64,000 nt of DNA from Dehalococcoidia bacterium (GCA_965220205.1 OZ244812.1:1223588-1287587); one strand, 5' to 3'. Counted from the first letter of the stretch, positions 10,033 to 21,125 are shown. Numbers and translations: made by a program. The notes: generated from the sequence alone by a model not told the origin.

Positions 10033-11357
10033 GAGTCGGCATCATCGGCGGAGGCGCCGCGGGACTCGCGGCCGCGTACGAGCTGGGAGCGCGCGGCCAC
10101 ACGGCGGAGGTCTTCGAAGGCGCGCCGTTCCTGGGAGGCCAGGCCTCGACGTTCGACGTGGGCGGCGCCCCCATCGAGCGCGGGTATCACCACCTCTTCC
10201 GCAGCGACACGGCCATGGCCGAGCTCATCGACGAGCTCGGCCTCGGCCATCGGTTGAAGTGGATCGATTCGAACGTCGGCTACTTCGCCGACGGACGTCT
10301 CTGGCGTTTCACATCGCCGTCCGATCTCCTGCGCTTCCGTCCGTTGCCGCTGGTCGATCGGGTCCGCTTGGGCGTGACGACGCTGCGTCTCCAGCGCCGG
10401 ACCGAGTGGCGTTCGCTCGAACAGCAGACCGCGACCGAGTGGGTCAGGCAGCACATGGGCGAGCGCGTCTACCGGGTCATCTTCGAGCCGATGCTGCGCG
10501 GCAAGTTCGGCGCGTATCACGACCAGATCAGCATGGCGTGGCTCTGGAACAAATTCGCCTTGCGCACCGCGTCGCGGGGCGAGGGCTTGCGCGGACGGTT
10601 CAAGGAACAGCTCGGCTACCCCACCGGAAGCTTCGGCGAGATTTTCGATACGCTCGCCGAGCACATCCGGCGACAGGGCGGCAGCGTTCACCCCAGCTCG
10701 GCAGTGCGCCGCGTCATCGTGACGGACGGACGCGCGACAGGCCTCGAGGTCGCCGTCGGAGGAGGGGCGCCCGAGCAGCGGCTCTACGACGCAGTGCTCG
10801 CGACCGTGCCCTCCTACGTGTTCCCGCGTCTCGTGGAGGGCCTGCCCGCCGACTACGCCGGCATGCTCGCCGACAAGACCTACCTGGCGGCCGTCCTCGT
10901 AGTCCTCGTGCTCGACCGGCCGCTCAGCCCTCACTACTGGACCTATGTGGGCGACCGGTCGCTGCCGTTCCTCGGCATCATCGAGCACACCAATCTCATA
11001 CCCGCGGAGAACTACGGCGGCGGGCACATCGTCTACCTGGCGAACTATCTCGATCGCGACGACCGGCTGTACGCCATGAGCGCGGACGAGCTGTACCGCG
11101 AGTACATCCCGCACGTCCAGCGCATCAACCCCGCGTTCAACGAGTCGTGGGTGAAGGAGTACCACCACCACAAGGTGGACGCCGCGCAGCCGATCGTCAC
11201 GCGCGGCTACTCCGAGCGCATCCCCTCCCACCAAACGCCCATCCCCGGGCTCTGGCTCGCCAACACGACCCAGATCTACCCGGAGGACCGCGGCACCAAC
11301 TACTCGGTCCGCATGGGCCGCCAGGTGGCGGCCATGATAGCGGCCGGGCAACCCTAG
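10029..11357 (+). CDS. FAD/NAD(P)-binding oxidoreductase (amine-oxidase / phytoene-desaturase-like)
   Basis: N-terminal Rossmann motif MRVGIIGGGAAGLAAAYEL. It overlaps the upstream stop by 4 nt. Its stop TAG 11355-11357 lies in the CTAG at the MITE boundary. Confidence 0.8.
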   Translation: MRVGIIGGGAAGLAAAYELGARGHTAEVFEGAPFLGGQASTFDVGGAPIERGYHHLFRSDTAMAELIDELGLGHRLKWIDSNVGYFADGRLWRFTSPSDLLRFRPLPLVDRVRLGVTTLRLQRRTEWRSLEQQTATEWVRQHMGERVYRVIFEPMLRGKFGAYHDQISMAWLWNKFALRTASRGEGLRGRFKEQLGYPTGSFGEIFDTLAEHIRRQGGSVHPSSAVRRVIVTDGRATGLEVAVGGGAPEQRLYDAVLATVPSYVFPRLVEGLPADYAGMLADKTYLAAVLVVLVLDRPLSPHYWTYVGDRSLPFLGIIEHTNLIPAENYGGGHIVYLANYLDRDDRLYAMSADELYREYIPHVQRINPAFNESWVKEYHHHKVDAAQPIVTRGYSERIPSHQTPIPGLWLANTTQIYPEDRGTNYSVRMGRQVAAMIAAGQP

Positions 11358-11559
11358 GGAACCTCTGAATAGCTCCGTCCCATCCGTTCGCCCTGAGCCC
11401 GTCGAAGCCTGTCCTGAGCCTGTCGAAGGGGGTCCCACGAACGGACTTGCCTGCTTCCCATCCTCATCTTCCTCCCCCGTTCTGGCCTCCTCCCCCGCGG
11501 GGGAGGATTGAGGAGGGGGCCTGCTGAGAGCACCAGCTCGTTGTTCAGAGGATTCCTGG
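11354..11559. mobile_element. MITE family A copy (about 206 bp), no coding capacity
   Basis: Ends are CTAG-GGAACCTCTGAATA ... TTCAGAGGATTC-CTGG. Internal modules (G-type 11385-11445, H-type hairpin 11486-11519) recur at 63436-63651 in the inverse orientation. Confidence 0.75.
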
Positions 11560-11640
11560 CAGGCTTCCGACCTACGACGTCCGCAGCGCTGCTATCATCG
11601 CCAACTGACCCCAGAACACCTCGCGAACAGGAGCCCAGCC

Positions 11641-12219
11641 ATGACCACCGAGACCGGCGAACACGCGATGGCCCCTCGACTCTACGAGACCGCAGTCGCC
11701 CACACCCGACAGCGCCTCGCCGCCGTCTCCGCGGACCAGTGGGACGACCCCACGCCATGCACCGAGTGGGACGTCCGCCAACTTGTCTCCCATCTCGTGA
11801 CCACCTCCATGAATGCGAAGAGCATCATGGACGGCAACGGCCCTCAGCGATTCGACGGCGACGTCCTCGGCGACGACCCGCTGGCTGCCTTCGACGCTGC
11901 GGTTGCGGCCGCCGCCGCCGCGTTCAGCGCGCCGGGGGCGATGGAGCGGATAGTCGCCACACGACGCGGGGACCAGGTCGCGGGCGAGTACGCGCTCGGC
12001 CAGGTGCAAGAGGTCCTCGTGCACGGATGGGACCTCGCGAAGGCGACCGGCCAGGACGCCGAGCTGCCCGCCGACGTGATCGACGTCGCGTACGCCCGCG
12101 CGCTGCGGAACCACGACCGCATCCGCGCCACCGGCGCCTACGGCGAGGCCGAGGCCCCCGTCCCTGCCGACGCCGGCGCGCAAGCAAAGTACCTCAGCAT
12201 CCTCGGACGCGCGCCCTAG
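11641..12219 (+). CDS. DinB-fold / mycothiol maleylpyruvate isomerase N-terminal domain family (TIGR03086-like)
   Basis: Motifs QWDDPTPCTEWDVRQLVSHLV and VHGWDLAKATG are typical of this family. Confidence 0.8.
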   Translation: MTTETGEHAMAPRLYETAVAHTRQRLAAVSADQWDDPTPCTEWDVRQLVSHLVTTSMNAKSIMDGNGPQRFDGDVLGDDPLAAFDAAVAAAAAAFSAPGAMERIVATRRGDQVAGEYALGQVQEVLVHGWDLAKATGQDAELPADVIDVAYARALRNHDRIRATGAYGEAEAPVPADAGAQAKYLSILGRAP

Positions 12220-12245
12220 GGAGCAAGCGCTCGCCAATACGACCT

Positions 12246-12334
12246 AGATCTATCCTGAGGACCGCGGCGCCAACTACTCGGTGCACATGGCCCGCCAGGT
12301 GGCGGCGATGATCGCGGCCGACGCTCGGCGGTAA
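12246..12334 (+). pseudogene. orphan 3'-end fragment homologous to the end of the 10029-11357 oxidoreductase gene
   Basis: 12246-12320 aligns without gaps to 11272-11346 (67/75 identical, my count). The reading frame is preserved (IYPEDRGANYSVHMARQVAAMIAADARR-stop). There is no upstream gene body. Confidence 0.7.
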
Positions 12335-12388
12335 GGTTGGACTGGAGACTGGACAACCGCTACGTGCATACTTGGGTTGCACTGTGGT

Positions 12389-13717
12389 ATGAGTATTGCA
12401 AATCGGGGAGGACTGAGCTTGACAGGAATCATCGCTCGGCCAAACGGGATCGCGAACAAACTCGACCCCAGCGACCGTGCCGTGCATGACTGGTACCGGT
12501 TCGTCCAGTCATTCCCTCCTCACCTAGTCGCAAGCTACCTAGACCGGTTCGGTCTCGGCCAAGACGCGACTGTGCTCGACCCCTTCTGCGGAACTGGCGC
12601 CACGTTAGTAGAATCGAAGAAGCGGGGCATTTCCAACATAGGCATCGAAGCGAACCCTGTAGCATGCTTCGCCAGCACCGTCAAGACGTGTTGGGACATC
12701 GACCCTGATGCGCTAATTCGGGACGCGGAGCGCGTAGCGGACGAAGCACTTCACGAACTCGACATCCTGGGCATTGACGATGCCAAGGACTGCTCCGACA
12801 TGGCCGACAGCTTGCTCATCCAGAGGCTTGGCCCCGAAACGACTGCACTCCTCCTCAGGAACTCGATCAGCCCCATCCCTTTGCATAAGGCCTTGGTGCT
12901 GAGGGATCTAATCGGGACTAGCTCTGCCCATTCCGCCCACGAGCGCTTGGCGTTCGCCGGTGCCCTAGTCTCCTCAGCGAGCAACCTCAAGTTTGGACCC
13001 GAAGTTGGCGTAGGAGATCCTAAGCCCGACGCCCCCGTCATAGGCCCATGGCTCAATCGAATTCGAACAATGGCGTCCGACCTTGCCAGTTACCGTGGGA
13101 TGCCCACCGTTCTTAGTCAGGTTCATGCCGCAGATGCCCGTCAACCTGCTAGCGTCCTCGGCCGCGAGAGCATTGATGCGGTCATCACGTCCCCTCCATA
13201 CCCTAACGAGAAAGACTACACACGGACGACTAGGCTAGAGTCAGTTCTATTGGGCTTCCTCGCGTCGAAAGCCGACCTCCGCAGCCTAAAGAAATCGCTC
13301 ATACGCTCCAATACCCGTGGCGTATACAAGGGCGACAACGACGACGCCTGGATCACGGAACACCCTCGCATACAGGAGATCGCTAACCAAATAGAGGCTC
13401 GCCGAGTGGCTTTGGGAAAGACTTCGGGCTTCGAGCGCATGTATCCCCGAGTGGCCACCCTTTACTTCGGGGGAATGGCGCGCCACCTCACGAGTCTACG
13501 GTATACGCTCCGTCCCGGAGCGCGGCTCGCATATGTGATCGGAGACCAAGCATCTTACCTTCGTGTGATGATCAGGACAGGTGAGATACTAGCAGAGATC
13601 GCTGAACAGGTTGGCTACCAAGTGGAAGGACTAGACCTGTTCCGCACCAGGTTAGCAACCGCTACGAGAGAGCAATTGCGCGAAGAAGTGTTACTGCTCC
13701 GATGGAAGGGAGAATGA
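12389..13717 (+). CDS. DNA (N6-adenine or N4-cytosine) methyltransferase, motif I before motif IV
   Basis: VLDPFCGTGATLVE (FxGxG AdoMet motif) occurs N-terminal to DAVITSPPYPNEKDY (SPPY catalytic motif). The gene lies in a lower-GC segment. An alternative start is TTG 12377. Confidence 0.8.
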   Translation: MSIANRGGLSLTGIIARPNGIANKLDPSDRAVHDWYRFVQSFPPHLVASYLDRFGLGQDATVLDPFCGTGATLVESKKRGISNIGIEANPVACFASTVKTCWDIDPDALIRDAERVADEALHELDILGIDDAKDCSDMADSLLIQRLGPETTALLLRNSISPIPLHKALVLRDLIGTSSAHSAHERLAFAGALVSSASNLKFGPEVGVGDPKPDAPVIGPWLNRIRTMASDLASYRGMPTVLSQVHAADARQPASVLGRESIDAVITSPPYPNEKDYTRTTRLESVLLGFLASKADLRSLKKSLIRSNTRGVYKGDNDDAWITEHPRIQEIANQIEARRVALGKTSGFERMYPRVATLYFGGMARHLTSLRYTLRPGARLAYVIGDQASYLRVMIRTGEILAEIAEQVGYQVEGLDLFRTRLATATREQLREEVLLLRWKGE

Positions 13718-14514
13718 CCCTCAGGATCATGACCCAGTACGACCGCATCATTGAGCATGTGTTCTTTAGGAAGTTCCGGGCCAAGATGGTACAAGTCCCG
13801 TTCTCACGTGAAGAACTGGTGGCGGCGGCGGCGCATCTTGGTCTTGCGCGACCGAAGAACCTCGGTGACATTCCCTATTCATTCCGGTACCGAAGGGACC
13901 TACCCAAGTCGATCCGTGACAAAGCTCCGAAGGACTACGAGTGGGTTATACGAGGCGCGGGGACATCGCTCTACCGTTTCGACGCGATGCCGAGTCTTGA
14001 TTTGCGGCCCAACCCATCTCTGGCGGTAACCAAGATTCCGGACGCTACGCCACGAATAATTGTTCGATACGCTCAGACCGATGAGCAGGCATTGCTCGCC
14101 ATTCTCAGATACAACCGCCTAATCGACACGTTCGTAGGAGCCACCTGCTACTCGCTCCAGAACCATCTGTCTACGTCGGTTCAGGGAATCGGAAGTATGG
14201 AAACGGACGAAATCTACGTGGGGATCGACCGCCGAGGGGTCCACTATGTGTTTCCGGTGGAAGCGAAGGGAGCAAGGGAGCGGCTCGGCAGGGTGCAGAT
14301 TGAGCAAGATTTCGAACTGTGCAGCGTCAAGTTCCCGGGACTGGTCTGTCGTCCCATTGGAACACAATTCATGGGAGATGACGTCATCGCTCTGTTCGAA
14401 TACACGCGAAACGGCGACGTCCTGAGCATCGCAAGCGAACGGCACTACCAGCTTGTGGGCCAGAACGAGCCGTCGGCGGACGATCTCGTTGCCTACTCAA
14501 TTCTTCCGCTTTGA
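13714..14514 (+). CDS. candidate PD-(D/E)xK restriction endonuclease partner of the methyltransferase
   Basis: ATGA overlap with the methyltransferase stop. The motif ETDEIYVG...YVFPVEAKG fits D...ExK. It has the same lower-GC composition. I recognise no family beyond the motif. An alternative start is ATG 13702. Confidence 0.5.
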   Translation: MTLRIMTQYDRIIEHVFFRKFRAKMVQVPFSREELVAAAAHLGLARPKNLGDIPYSFRYRRDLPKSIRDKAPKDYEWVIRGAGTSLYRFDAMPSLDLRPNPSLAVTKIPDATPRIIVRYAQTDEQALLAILRYNRLIDTFVGATCYSLQNHLSTSVQGIGSMETDEIYVGIDRRGVHYVFPVEAKGARERLGRVQIEQDFELCSVKFPGLVCRPIGTQFMGDDVIALFEYTRNGDVLSIASERHYQLVGQNEPSADDLVAYSILPL

Positions 14515-15833
14515 GCCTTAGGCTTGACCGGCGGCGTGGCGAACGACATCGCCAGCAGCATCACGAAGAAGATCCCCGCGAACATTGTGAACGCCAGGTT
14601 GTAGCTGTTCGTCCGGTCGTGGATGAACGCCGTCAGGGTCGGACCCACGGGCGAGAAGAAGCGGAACGGGGCCGTGAACCCGCGGATCGCCCCCAGATGT
14701 GCGCGGCCAAAGTAGTCCGCCCACAGCAGGCCCGGCACGAGCGACGCGCCGCCGACGGCGAATCCAAACATCAGCCCGAACAGGATCGCGAGCGGATAGG
14801 TGTCCGCCGTGAGCAGCAGGCCCATCGCCAGCAGGAGCAGGAGGCTGATGAGCATGGCGCTATAGCGGATGTGCATCTTCTCCAGCAGGAACCCCCACAG
14901 CGGCCCCGTGAGCGCGGACGTCAACGCGAAGAGCGAGAGAATGCTGATGGCCTGAAGGTGCTCCAAGCCCTGGTCTTCGAAGTTGGCGACCATATTCAAG
15001 TTGATCGCGCCCAGCGCGAAGCGGTCGATGGAGACGAACACGACGATCATCCAGAACGCCCGCGTGCGCCTCGCCTCCTGCAGCGTCCACGAGATATCGC
15101 GGATGTCCCGCCGTATTCCACGGGGCGCCTCGCCCTCCTCGCCTTCCGGCTTCTCGCCGTCGGGGTACAGGCCGAGGTCCTCCGGCCTGCGCCGCAGGTA
15201 GAGGAACGCTGGCACGGTGATCGTCAGCGCCGTGAACAGCGCCAGAGACCGGAACGCTTCGCGCCACTCCGACGCCGCGAACAGGACTCCGATCAGCAGC
15301 GGCACCATGAACTGGCCCGCGCGCAGGCCCGAGTGGTGGAACGCCATCGCGCGCGGACGGCGCTTGATGAACCAGTTGGCTATCGAGATGCCCACGCCGA
15401 TCTGTATCCCGCCCAGCGCCGACCCTCGCCCCAACCCGAACAGGATCCAGAACTGCCACGGCGCCTGCATGAACGAGATGCCCACCATGGCCAGCATGAT
15501 GATCGTCCCGGCGATGGCCACGATTGCCCGCGAGCCGTAGCGGTCGAGCACACGCCCGAAGATGAACGTGCTCACCGAGCTTGTCGCGCTGCCTATCGTG
15601 AAGGCCAGCGCTATCTCCCAACGGGCCCACCCCATCTCGTCCTGGATGGGAATCATGAAGATGCCGAGCACCGGGCCGAACATGGGAACCATGCCGAACG
15701 AGGCGACGAACCCCGTCCCTACGATGGCCCACCCATAGAAGATTTTCTTGAACGGCCACGCCCGCGGAATCGTGGGCTGCGAGGCCTGCGGCTTCTCCGG
15801 CGCGTCCGGCGTCTCTTGCACGTGCCCTCGCAT
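14493..15833 (-). CDS. MFS transporter
   Basis: 446 aa with a 12-TM-like profile and a central charged loop. Its 3' end overlaps the convergent 13714-14514 gene by 22 nt. Confidence 0.85.
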   Translation of the reverse strand: MRGHVQETPDAPEKPQASQPTIPRAWPFKKIFYGWAIVGTGFVASFGMVPMFGPVLGIFMIPIQDEMGWARWEIALAFTIGSATSSVSTFIFGRVLDRYGSRAIVAIAGTIIMLAMVGISFMQAPWQFWILFGLGRGSALGGIQIGVGISIANWFIKRRPRAMAFHHSGLRAGQFMVPLLIGVLFAASEWREAFRSLALFTALTITVPAFLYLRRRPEDLGLYPDGEKPEGEEGEAPRGIRRDIRDISWTLQEARRTRAFWMIVVFVSIDRFALGAINLNMVANFEDQGLEHLQAISILSLFALTSALTGPLWGFLLEKMHIRYSAMLISLLLLLAMGLLLTADTYPLAILFGLMFGFAVGGASLVPGLLWADYFGRAHLGAIRGFTAPFRFFSPVGPTLTAFIHDRTNSYNLAFTMFAGIFFVMLLAMSFATPPVKPKAQSGRIE

Positions 15834-15985
15834 CCCGAGAGGCGTATTGGGCCGCTGCTGCGAGCGGGCTGGCCCGCGCCATCATACGCTCATCCGCCGG
15901 CGTCCGTTCTGCTGATATACTCGCCTCAGCTCCTCTGAGCTCCGCCCAACCCCTGCACGGTCGACGCACGCGGGACCCTCCATAG

Positions 15986-18040
<2,055 letters not shown>

Positions 18041-18095
18041 CGAACGCCCGTTTCGCGCCCGGCCCATGGCTCCTTCCTCACGGCCTCCGCTCTTG

Positions 18096-18287
18096 CCTCC
18101 TCCCCCACGGGGGGAGGATTGAGGAGGGGGCCGCCGCCCCTCCGTCATTCCCGTGCCCCGACACGGGAATCCATGCCCCTTCCCCCACCGACCGCCCGCC
18201 GCGGTCTGACCTCCTCCCCAGACCATTCCTCCTCCCCCACGGGGGGAGGATTGAGGAGGGGGGAACCTTCGTTCAGAGGTTCTCTAG
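18096..18287. repeat. truncated MITE family A copy (right end only) with two H-type hairpin modules and one P-type module
   Basis: H modules at 18096-18130 and 18228-18263, a P module at 18143-18177, and the right end TTCAGAGGTTCT-CTAG at 18272-18287. Confidence 0.7.
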
Positions 18288-18351
18288 CATGCTCGATCGG
18301 ATGTTGCATCGCGGCGGCGCCCAGACGAGGCACGACCGCTCGGCGCCGCCC

Positions 18352-18900
18352 ATGCTCATCGTGGGGCTAGGCAACCCGGGCCCGCGGTACGCCGGCACCC
18401 GGCACAACGTCGGCTTCCGCTGCATCGACATGCTCTCCGAGCGGTCTGGCGTCCGGCTCAACGACAAGCGCAAGCACGCAGTCATCGGCCAGGGCGTGAT
18501 CGCGGGCCGGCCCGTCGTCCTGGCGAAGCCGCGGACGTTCGTCAACGCCAGCGGACTCGCAGTCCAGTACGCCGCTGCGCGGTTCGGCGCCCGGCCGGCG
18601 AACATCCTCGTCGTGCTCGACGACATGGACCTGCCGCTGGGCCGGATGCGGCTCCGCGCGTCGGGCGGGTCCGGGGGACACAACGGACTGAACTCAATCA
18701 ACGCCGAGCTCGGCACGACCGAGTACCCTCGGCTGCGGATCGGCATCGGCAGGCCCGCCGGCAATGCCGTCGCGCACGTCCTCGGCCCTCTCTCCGGCGA
18801 GGAAGAGTCCGCGCTTAGCGAGACCCTGGCCCAGGCGTTGGAGCTGATCGAGGTCTGGGTGGAACACGGCGTGCAGCGCGCGATGAACCTCTTCAACTGA
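18352..18900 (+). CDS. pth: peptidyl-tRNA hydrolase
   Basis: MLIVGLGNPGPRYAGTRHNVGF N-terminus. The upstream in-frame ATGs at 18289 and 18301 are possible but begin at the MITE edge. Confidence 0.9.
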   Translation: MLIVGLGNPGPRYAGTRHNVGFRCIDMLSERSGVRLNDKRKHAVIGQGVIAGRPVVLAKPRTFVNASGLAVQYAAARFGARPANILVVLDDMDLPLGRMRLRASGGSGGHNGLNSINAELGTTEYPRLRIGIGRPAGNAVAHVLGPLSGEEESALSETLAQALELIEVWVEHGVQRAMNLFN

Positions 18901-20837
18901 TGCGGTCCCCCGCGCGCGACCTCCGCTGCGAAAACATCCCCCGTCGGCGTTCGGCGCGGGGCGCCGTCGTTCTGGCGCTGGCGATCGGACTCGCCCTCGG
19001 CGTCCCGGTGAGCTGCACGCCCGACGCCGCGCCGACGCCTACGCCTGAGCCCGCGGCGACGACCACGTTCGCGACCCCGCAAGGTTCGGCACCCGCCGTC
19101 GCGCCGGACGACGCCCCGCCTCCAGCGCCGCCCCTCGTCGACGCTCCCCGGCAGGACCGGCTCTCCCTCGTCCGCCTCTACACCGGCGTCGACGCGCAAC
19201 CGCTGCCCCTCGAAACCCTCTACCCTGACGAGCCGGTCGGGACCACGCGCCGGTTCTGGACCGTCGATGTGACGGGACCCTCGATGTTCACGATCGAAGC
19301 CGAGCTGCGCCACGTCGGCGAGCACGCGTTGTGGTACGTCGGCGTCGGCGCGAACGTCTCGGACACGCGCCTCACGGCCGCCGCCCGCGCCTTTGACGAA
19401 GAAATCTATCCGGAGGTCCTCCGCCTGTTCGCGCGCGGAGCGGAGCCGCACGGCAAGCTGACCATCGTGAACGCGCGGCTGGGCCCAGGGTTGGGCGGCT
19501 ACTTCGCCAGCGCCGACGCGTTGCCGGCGGAGGCGTGGCGATTCAGCAACGAGCGGGCAGCTATCTTCATGGCGTCGGCGAACTTCGGCGGCGACCGCTA
19601 CCTGGGCACTCTCGCCCACGAACTTCAGCACTGGGCTCACTCGCTCGTCGACCGCGACGAAACGACGTGGGTGCATGAAGGTCTCTCCGAGTTGGCTGCG
19701 ACGTCGCTGGGCCTACCGGCGCTGCCGCCGAGCGCCTACCTGCTCAATCCCGGCGTGTCGATCACCCTCTGGCCCGAGATCGGACAGAGCATTACGAACT
19801 ACGCGGGCGCCTCTCTCTTCTTCTCCTACCTCTCCGGCCGGACCGGCCTCGACAACATCCATCGCCTCGTGGCGCAGTCCGCCGACGGCGGCGAGGGCAT
19901 CCAGGCGTACTTGGACGAAGTGGCCCCCGGCGAGCAGTTCGATGAGCTCTTCGCCGACTGGCTCGCGGCCAACGTCGCGGGCGCGCCCGAGGGGCGATTC
20001 GGGTATCCCCCGCCGATGCGCGCAGTCAACATCGCAGGCGCCGTCTCGCGAGCCATCGAGGGAGAGGGCGCGGTCGCCGGCGAGGCGCCGCAGTTCGGGG
20101 CCTGGTATCTCCGCATCGTCCCCGGGGACGCCCCGCTCACCGTGACGATATCGGGAGCAGACCGCACCGCCGTCCTGCCGGTTGACCCGCCCAGCGGCGA
20201 TTCGTGCTGGTGGGGGAATCGAGGCGACAACATCGACGCTACGCTCACACGGTCAGTCGACCTCACAGGCCTCGACCAGGCGACGCTCCGGTTCTGGACC
20301 TGGTACGACATCGAGGAGGCGTGGGACAGGGCGTACGTTGCCGCGTCCGCTGACGGAGGAGCGTCGTGGACGGCGCTCGCCGGCGGCCACACGACCGCGT
20401 CCGACCCGATAGGCTCTTCGCTGGGCCACTCCTACACCGGACGCTCGGATGGCTGGGCGCCGGAGACGATCGACCTCTCGCCGTTCGCCGGGCGGCCCAT
20501 GCTGCTGCGGTTCGAGTACGTCACCGACGACGCGATCTCGAACACCGGCTGGTGCGTCGACGACATCAGCATCGAGCGGCTGGACCTCTCCAATGAAGAG
20601 TGGACCGCCAACGGTTTCATCGACCTGCCGGCCGAGGGAGTCTCACAGCGCTTCAGGGCGCGATTGGTGACCGGCGCAGGCGCCGAAGCGCGGGTGACCA
20701 ACGTCTCGTTCGATTCGAGCAACCGGGCCGAATTCACCGTTGACGCCCCTTCGATCCTGGTCGTGACCGGCCTGTCCACGAAGACGTCGCAGCCCGGCCG
20801 CTTCGAGGTGCTATCATCGTGGCGTTCAACAAACTGA
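18900..20837 (+). CDS. secreted/lipoprotein-type zinc metalloprotease (gluzincin HExxH...E motif) with C-terminal MAM/InhA-like domain
   Basis: Signal-like sequence ALAIGLALGVPVSC. The motif HELQHWAH...WVHEGLSE is followed by a C-terminal CWWGN...LRFWTWYDIEEAWD region. ATG overlaps the pth stop by 1 nt. Confidence 0.65.
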   Translation: MRSPARDLRCENIPRRRSARGAVVLALAIGLALGVPVSCTPDAAPTPTPEPAATTTFATPQGSAPAVAPDDAPPPAPPLVDAPRQDRLSLVRLYTGVDAQPLPLETLYPDEPVGTTRRFWTVDVTGPSMFTIEAELRHVGEHALWYVGVGANVSDTRLTAAARAFDEEIYPEVLRLFARGAEPHGKLTIVNARLGPGLGGYFASADALPAEAWRFSNERAAIFMASANFGGDRYLGTLAHELQHWAHSLVDRDETTWVHEGLSELAATSLGLPALPPSAYLLNPGVSITLWPEIGQSITNYAGASLFFSYLSGRTGLDNIHRLVAQSADGGEGIQAYLDEVAPGEQFDELFADWLAANVAGAPEGRFGYPPPMRAVNIAGAVSRAIEGEGAVAGEAPQFGAWYLRIVPGDAPLTVTISGADRTAVLPVDPPSGDSCWWGNRGDNIDATLTRSVDLTGLDQATLRFWTWYDIEEAWDRAYVAASADGGASWTALAGGHTTASDPIGSSLGHSYTGRSDGWAPETIDLSPFAGRPMLLRFEYVTDDAISNTGWCVDDISIERLDLSNEEWTANGFIDLPAEGVSQRFRARLVTGAGAEARVTNVSFDSSNRAEFTVDAPSILVVTGLSTKTSQPGRFEVLSSWRSTN

Positions 20838-20873
20838 CTGGGGCCGCTTCCAAACAGGCGCCCTGTAGTCCGT

Positions 20874-21125
20874 CCTCCTCCCCCGCCACGGGAAGAGGAT
20901 GCCCTCAGTGACCCGGCAACGGCCCCGATGGCCCGGCCTCCTCCCCCGCCACGGGAAGAGGATGCCCTCAGTGACCCGGCAACGGCCCCGATGGCCCGGC
21001 CTCCTCCCCCGCCACGGGAAGAGGATGCCCTCAGTGACCCGGCAACGGCCCCGATGGCCCGGCCTCCTCCCCCGCCACGGGAAGAGGATGCCCTCAGTGA
21101 CCCGGCAAGGGCCCCGATGGCCCGG
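20874..21125. repeat. tandem repeat, 63-nt unit x4
   Basis: Units start at 20874, 20937, 21000 and 21063. Units 1-3 are identical and unit 4 has one substitution (ggcaaGggcc). Confidence 0.95.

Noticed and set aside
9897-11438. Long antisense or off-frame ORFs: 9897-11438(-), 14511-15938(+), 16241-17326(-), 31685-33064(-), 50062-51753(+), 612-1229(-) and similar
   Set aside because: They are typical high-GC shadow ORFs. Their composition is dominated by R, A, G and P. Each lies opposite or out of frame to a gene with clear family motifs.
20874-21125. The 63-nt repeats considered as a CRISPR array
   Set aside because: The units are directly adjacent with no spacers. The unit is derived from a MITE module and no cas genes are nearby.
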